Assembly: GCA_001179505.1 (NCBI GenBank)
Contig: CDMY01000404.1
Coordinates: forward strand, 1-64,000
DNA from: Vitrella brassicaformis CCMP3155
Lineage: Eukaryota; Protista; Chromerida
DNA: 64,000 nucleotides
Reading direction: 5' to 3'
Shown: piece after piece, positions 61,147 through 64,000 of the stretch
Layout: each line of letters begins with the position of its first letter
How positions within the stretch are numbered: the first letter of the stretch is position 1
The notes under the pieces: generated by a model
The model's input: the letters and a program-made list of their open reading frames with translations, nothing else
Told to the model about the DNA's origin: nothing
Databases searched by the model: none
Position numbers and translations under genes: made by a program

Positions 61147-61607
61147 CCTCTGCTTCCCGTGCCGACAACCGACAAGGAAAGTAAACCGACAAAACTCGAT
61201 TTATCTACCGTAGCGGCGCTCTGAGACTCAGATGCAGAAACAACAGACGACAGTCTGAGACGCCCCCACGCGAGCTAGAAAGCGATCGTCGAGCGACATT
61301 CGTTTCCAGATAGACCACGAGCTGAATTGGCAAATGACGCCTGGTCGAGGTGCATCTGTGCATCTGGCTGGACCGTTCTTCTTCTCTTCTGTCCAGCGGC
61401 AATTTCGACGCCTTCGGCTCGTCAGCAGCATATCAGTGCGCAACAGGACGGAAGGGACGTCTGTGGAAAGATCCGGCGGCTGATTTGATAGAAGGTGAGC
61501 AACCAAGCGATGCGAACCTGCATCAGGATTTGGACGTTCCATTGCTGTGTCGGTTTGCTCGGGTGTGTGTATGCAGCGTGCTGACACGTGTCCCCGCTGT
61601 GAGCTAG

Positions 61608-62183
61608 ATGAGAAGGATGTTCGTCCGTCGCTTGCTGCCTGTCGTCCGGCCAGGGCGTATCTTCGAGCCACCCTCCAGCACTTTCAACACCTTCCATCGC
61701 CGCCATGTGAGCACCAGCCATAAGGCTTCTTCCACCGAGGAGTTCCAGAAGGTCAAGGACAACGGTCGCCGCTCACAAGAGGACGCTCGGACGGACCATG
61801 AGAGACGTATCAGGGCACTGGAGGAGCAGCTGAGGGAAACGCGCGAGTCCCTGGATCAGCTGAAGCGCCAGAAGACTCGTCCGGCAGCCTCCATCATCAT
61901 CAGCAGCAGTGGCAGCAGCAGCACGAGCGACAGTCAGCCTCCCGAGATGCCCACTCGAACGCCTCCCTATACCCTCAGCGAGAGCATTCTCTATGCATCC
62001 GACAAGCTGTTCGAGGCGATGGGTCTCGAGGACTGGAGGGTGTTCACCGTGCTCGCCATCGTCGGTGGCGGCCTGACCTGGCTGGCCATTGCAAGAAGGA
62101 AAAGGTATCACACGAACAAGGTCAAGAGGGAGATTGAGGAGTACAGGGAGAGTTTGGGGCTGAGCCGCACCCGCAGCGATTGA
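61608..62183 (+). CDS. Intronless small protein: mitochondrial-type presequence, coiled coil, single C-terminal transmembrane helix
   Basis: MRRMFVRRLLPVVRPGRIF.. (Arg-rich, acid-poor); HERRIRALEEQLRETRESLDQLKRQK; WRVFTVLAIVGGGLTWLAIARRKR. Confidence 0.7.
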   Translation: MRRMFVRRLLPVVRPGRIFEPPSSTFNTFHRRHVSTSHKASSTEEFQKVKDNGRRSQEDARTDHERRIRALEEQLRETRESLDQLKRQKTRPAASIIISSSGSSSTSDSQPPEMPTRTPPYTLSESILYASDKLFEAMGLEDWRVFTVLAIVGGGLTWLAIARRKRYHTNKVKREIEEYRESLGLSRTRSD

Positions 62184-63773
62184 TAACGAGCAAGGGAGTC
62201 GAGTACGAATGGTAAGACGGCAGACAGAGAAAGAGAGTCAGGAGGGAGTTCCGTGTGTGTGTCGTATGTGCAGGGGTGGGTGGATGTCTTTGTGTGCAAA
62301 CGAATGAGCAAGACAACTCTTCGTCCCTCACGCCCGCAGTTGGGAACAGCGAGTGGCGTGATCACTCAATCACTCCCTGTCTGCATCGAGTGGAGGTATG
62401 TCGACTGAGTGACAGTCTGATGAGTGACGCGTTTTGTCTTGTTCGTGTTTGTGTGTTGTTCTTGTAGAGCGACAGAAGTGAAGACTTGTGTAGATTTTTT
62501 GGTGTCTCTTTCTCTCTCTGAACGCGTCGTGGGTGCTGTCTGTGATGACTTCCATGAATGAATGGGTGGACAGCAATGCGATGCATCGATTTGCGCGCCG
62601 GTCTCTTGCTTGCTATTGCTCCTTCATATGGAAGCATCCAACTTGAAGGGGGACAAAGCACACACACACACACACGTCGGTCAGACGCGTCAATCATCAG
62701 ACGCATGTCGATCGACCATCCAATCGATACACTGCCGACGCAGCCAATCATACATACCATCGTCAGCCACACGATCGACATGGCCCGGCCCAGCCCGGCC
62801 ATGAATGTGTGCATCACAAACTCATGCAGACGAGACGGGCAACCAACACTCATGGGTGAATGGCTTAGACGTGTCTGTATACATATGTATAAGTGTATGT
62901 GTGTACGTTACCTAGGTATATACCTATGTATGTACATAGGTGTGTACAGAAGACATACGAATACTTTTGTACGTCCGCAAGAGGGGAGAAGGCGAGGTGA
63001 GATTCAATCCCACCCCACCCACCACATGCAGGTCACACGACTACCACGCACCACATATACATACATTCACAGTATAGATGCATTCCGGGTAAGTACATGA
63101 CAGCATTCAGCAGAAACGCCTCAGTGGCAGGCAGCTAGGGGCTCAACAAGATGTGAATGCAGGACGACACGCACAGAACCACCAGCCACCGCCCACCCAC
63201 AGGCATCAATCAACCGCCGTGCACTCACAAGAAGGCAAAAATGACTGACCGCATGGGAACAGCCGGTCTGTCTGTCTGTCTGTCTGGTGTGATGACATGT
63301 GTGTGGGTGTGGATGGGCAACGAGTGTGAAACACACACGGCCGTGTCTGTATGTATGTGGGTATGTGTGTGTGGATCAACGAATTCGTCACGGATGGATG
63401 GATGGATGGATGAACGGACATACACCGAGTGTGGTCCATCGGTCGGCCTGTCTGCGGGCACACACACACATAGGGATGGCGAGAGAGAGAGAGGCAAAAC
63501 AGACAGCCAGACAGACAGACAGACAAACACGGCAGCCAGCCACTGATCAATGCACACACACATATGGACTACTCCGCGTATTGACAGGCAGATAGACAGA
63601 GACTGACTGTCTGCATCATTGAAGCCGTCTATGCGGCCGGCAGTGCCCCTCCCACTGTCACCACCACCGCCCAACCTGACACACATGGAAAGACAGACAG
63701 CATTCCCTTCGTCGTGTGTGTACGCATCTTCTGCTCGTGTCAGGCGTGTTTGATGCATACATACCTCAGCTGT

Positions 63774-64000
63774 CTATTGGTCGAAGAGGATGGCTGAGAT
63801 GACGGCCCCCAGCACCACACGCGCCAGCCGATAAGTCACTGGGAAGCGGTCCTTGAAGACACCGCCTTCGTCAGACACAGCCGACTCGGTCGTCTTGACC
63901 CACACATGCACTGCAAACAAATAAAAGGGGAGCACATTTCCTTTCCCTTGCTGTGCCGTACTGGGCTGGGCTGACCGTTGTTGTTAATGTAGGGGCTCTC
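63774..64000 (-). CDS. Family B copy 3, last exon and part of the preceding exon (5' part outside window)
   Basis: Last exon 63774-63910 (VHVWVKTTESAVSDEGGVFKDRFPVTYRLARVVLGAVISAILFDQ*), intron 63911-63975, same splice phase as the other copies. Confidence 0.85.

Noticed and set aside
1-64000. Hundreds of 60-250 aa ORFs in the six-frame track
   Set aside because: Most are antisense or off-frame shadows of GC-rich exons, or translate microsatellites (CVCVCV, THTHTH, RQTDRQ, WMDGWM). Only exon chains with GT/GC-AG phase continuity were kept.
1-64000. CRISPR arrays, rRNA, tRNA, prokaryotic operons or defence systems
   Set aside because: No repeat-spacer arrays, rRNA-like blocks or cloverleaf/T-loop motifs were noticed by eye, and the sequence is spliceosomal eukaryotic. 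A tRNAscan/Infernal run would be needed to exclude small RNAs fully.

Overview
Eukaryotic, GC-rich, very intron-dense genomic DNA with three 300-nt N gaps. By inference it is from a photosynthetic alveolate, most likely the chromerid Vitrella brassicaformis or a relative: short GT-AG introns filled with microsatellites, a plastid/thylakoid-targeted cyclophilin, a RAP-domain helical-repeat protein and alveolate-type CCCH fingers. About 20 spliced genes or gene copies were reconstructed by hand. Recognisable genes: a USP deubiquitinase, an MLO-like membrane protein with EF-hands, a TPR plus PHD/EGLN-like 2OG-Fe(II) oxygenase fusion, a triple-CCCH protein, two BTB-domain paralogs (one a decayed pseudogene), a nucleoplasmin-like protein, a RAP protein, a cyclophilin, an IBB-less importin-alpha-like protein and three hypothetical proteins. 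Seven loci belong to lineage-specific multicopy families with F-box-like N-termini (families A x2, B x3, C x2); A and C are shown here to share one unnamed domain. Main hunt results: (1) introns are polarised with AC/GACA repeats at the 5' side and GT/TGTC repeats at the 3' side, a possible structure-based splicing code; (2) an unnamed 'WC..EGH..GR' superfamily of putative ubiquitin-ligase adaptors undergoing birth-and-death, with an inverted segmental duplication that reuses one bidirectional promoter for a different partner gene; (3) an MLO-EF-hand fusion; (4) several apparent pseudo-enzymes or pseudo-receptors. Most ORFs in the supplied track are artefacts of introns and microsatellites. 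All exon models and family calls are by-eye and unverified by database search.
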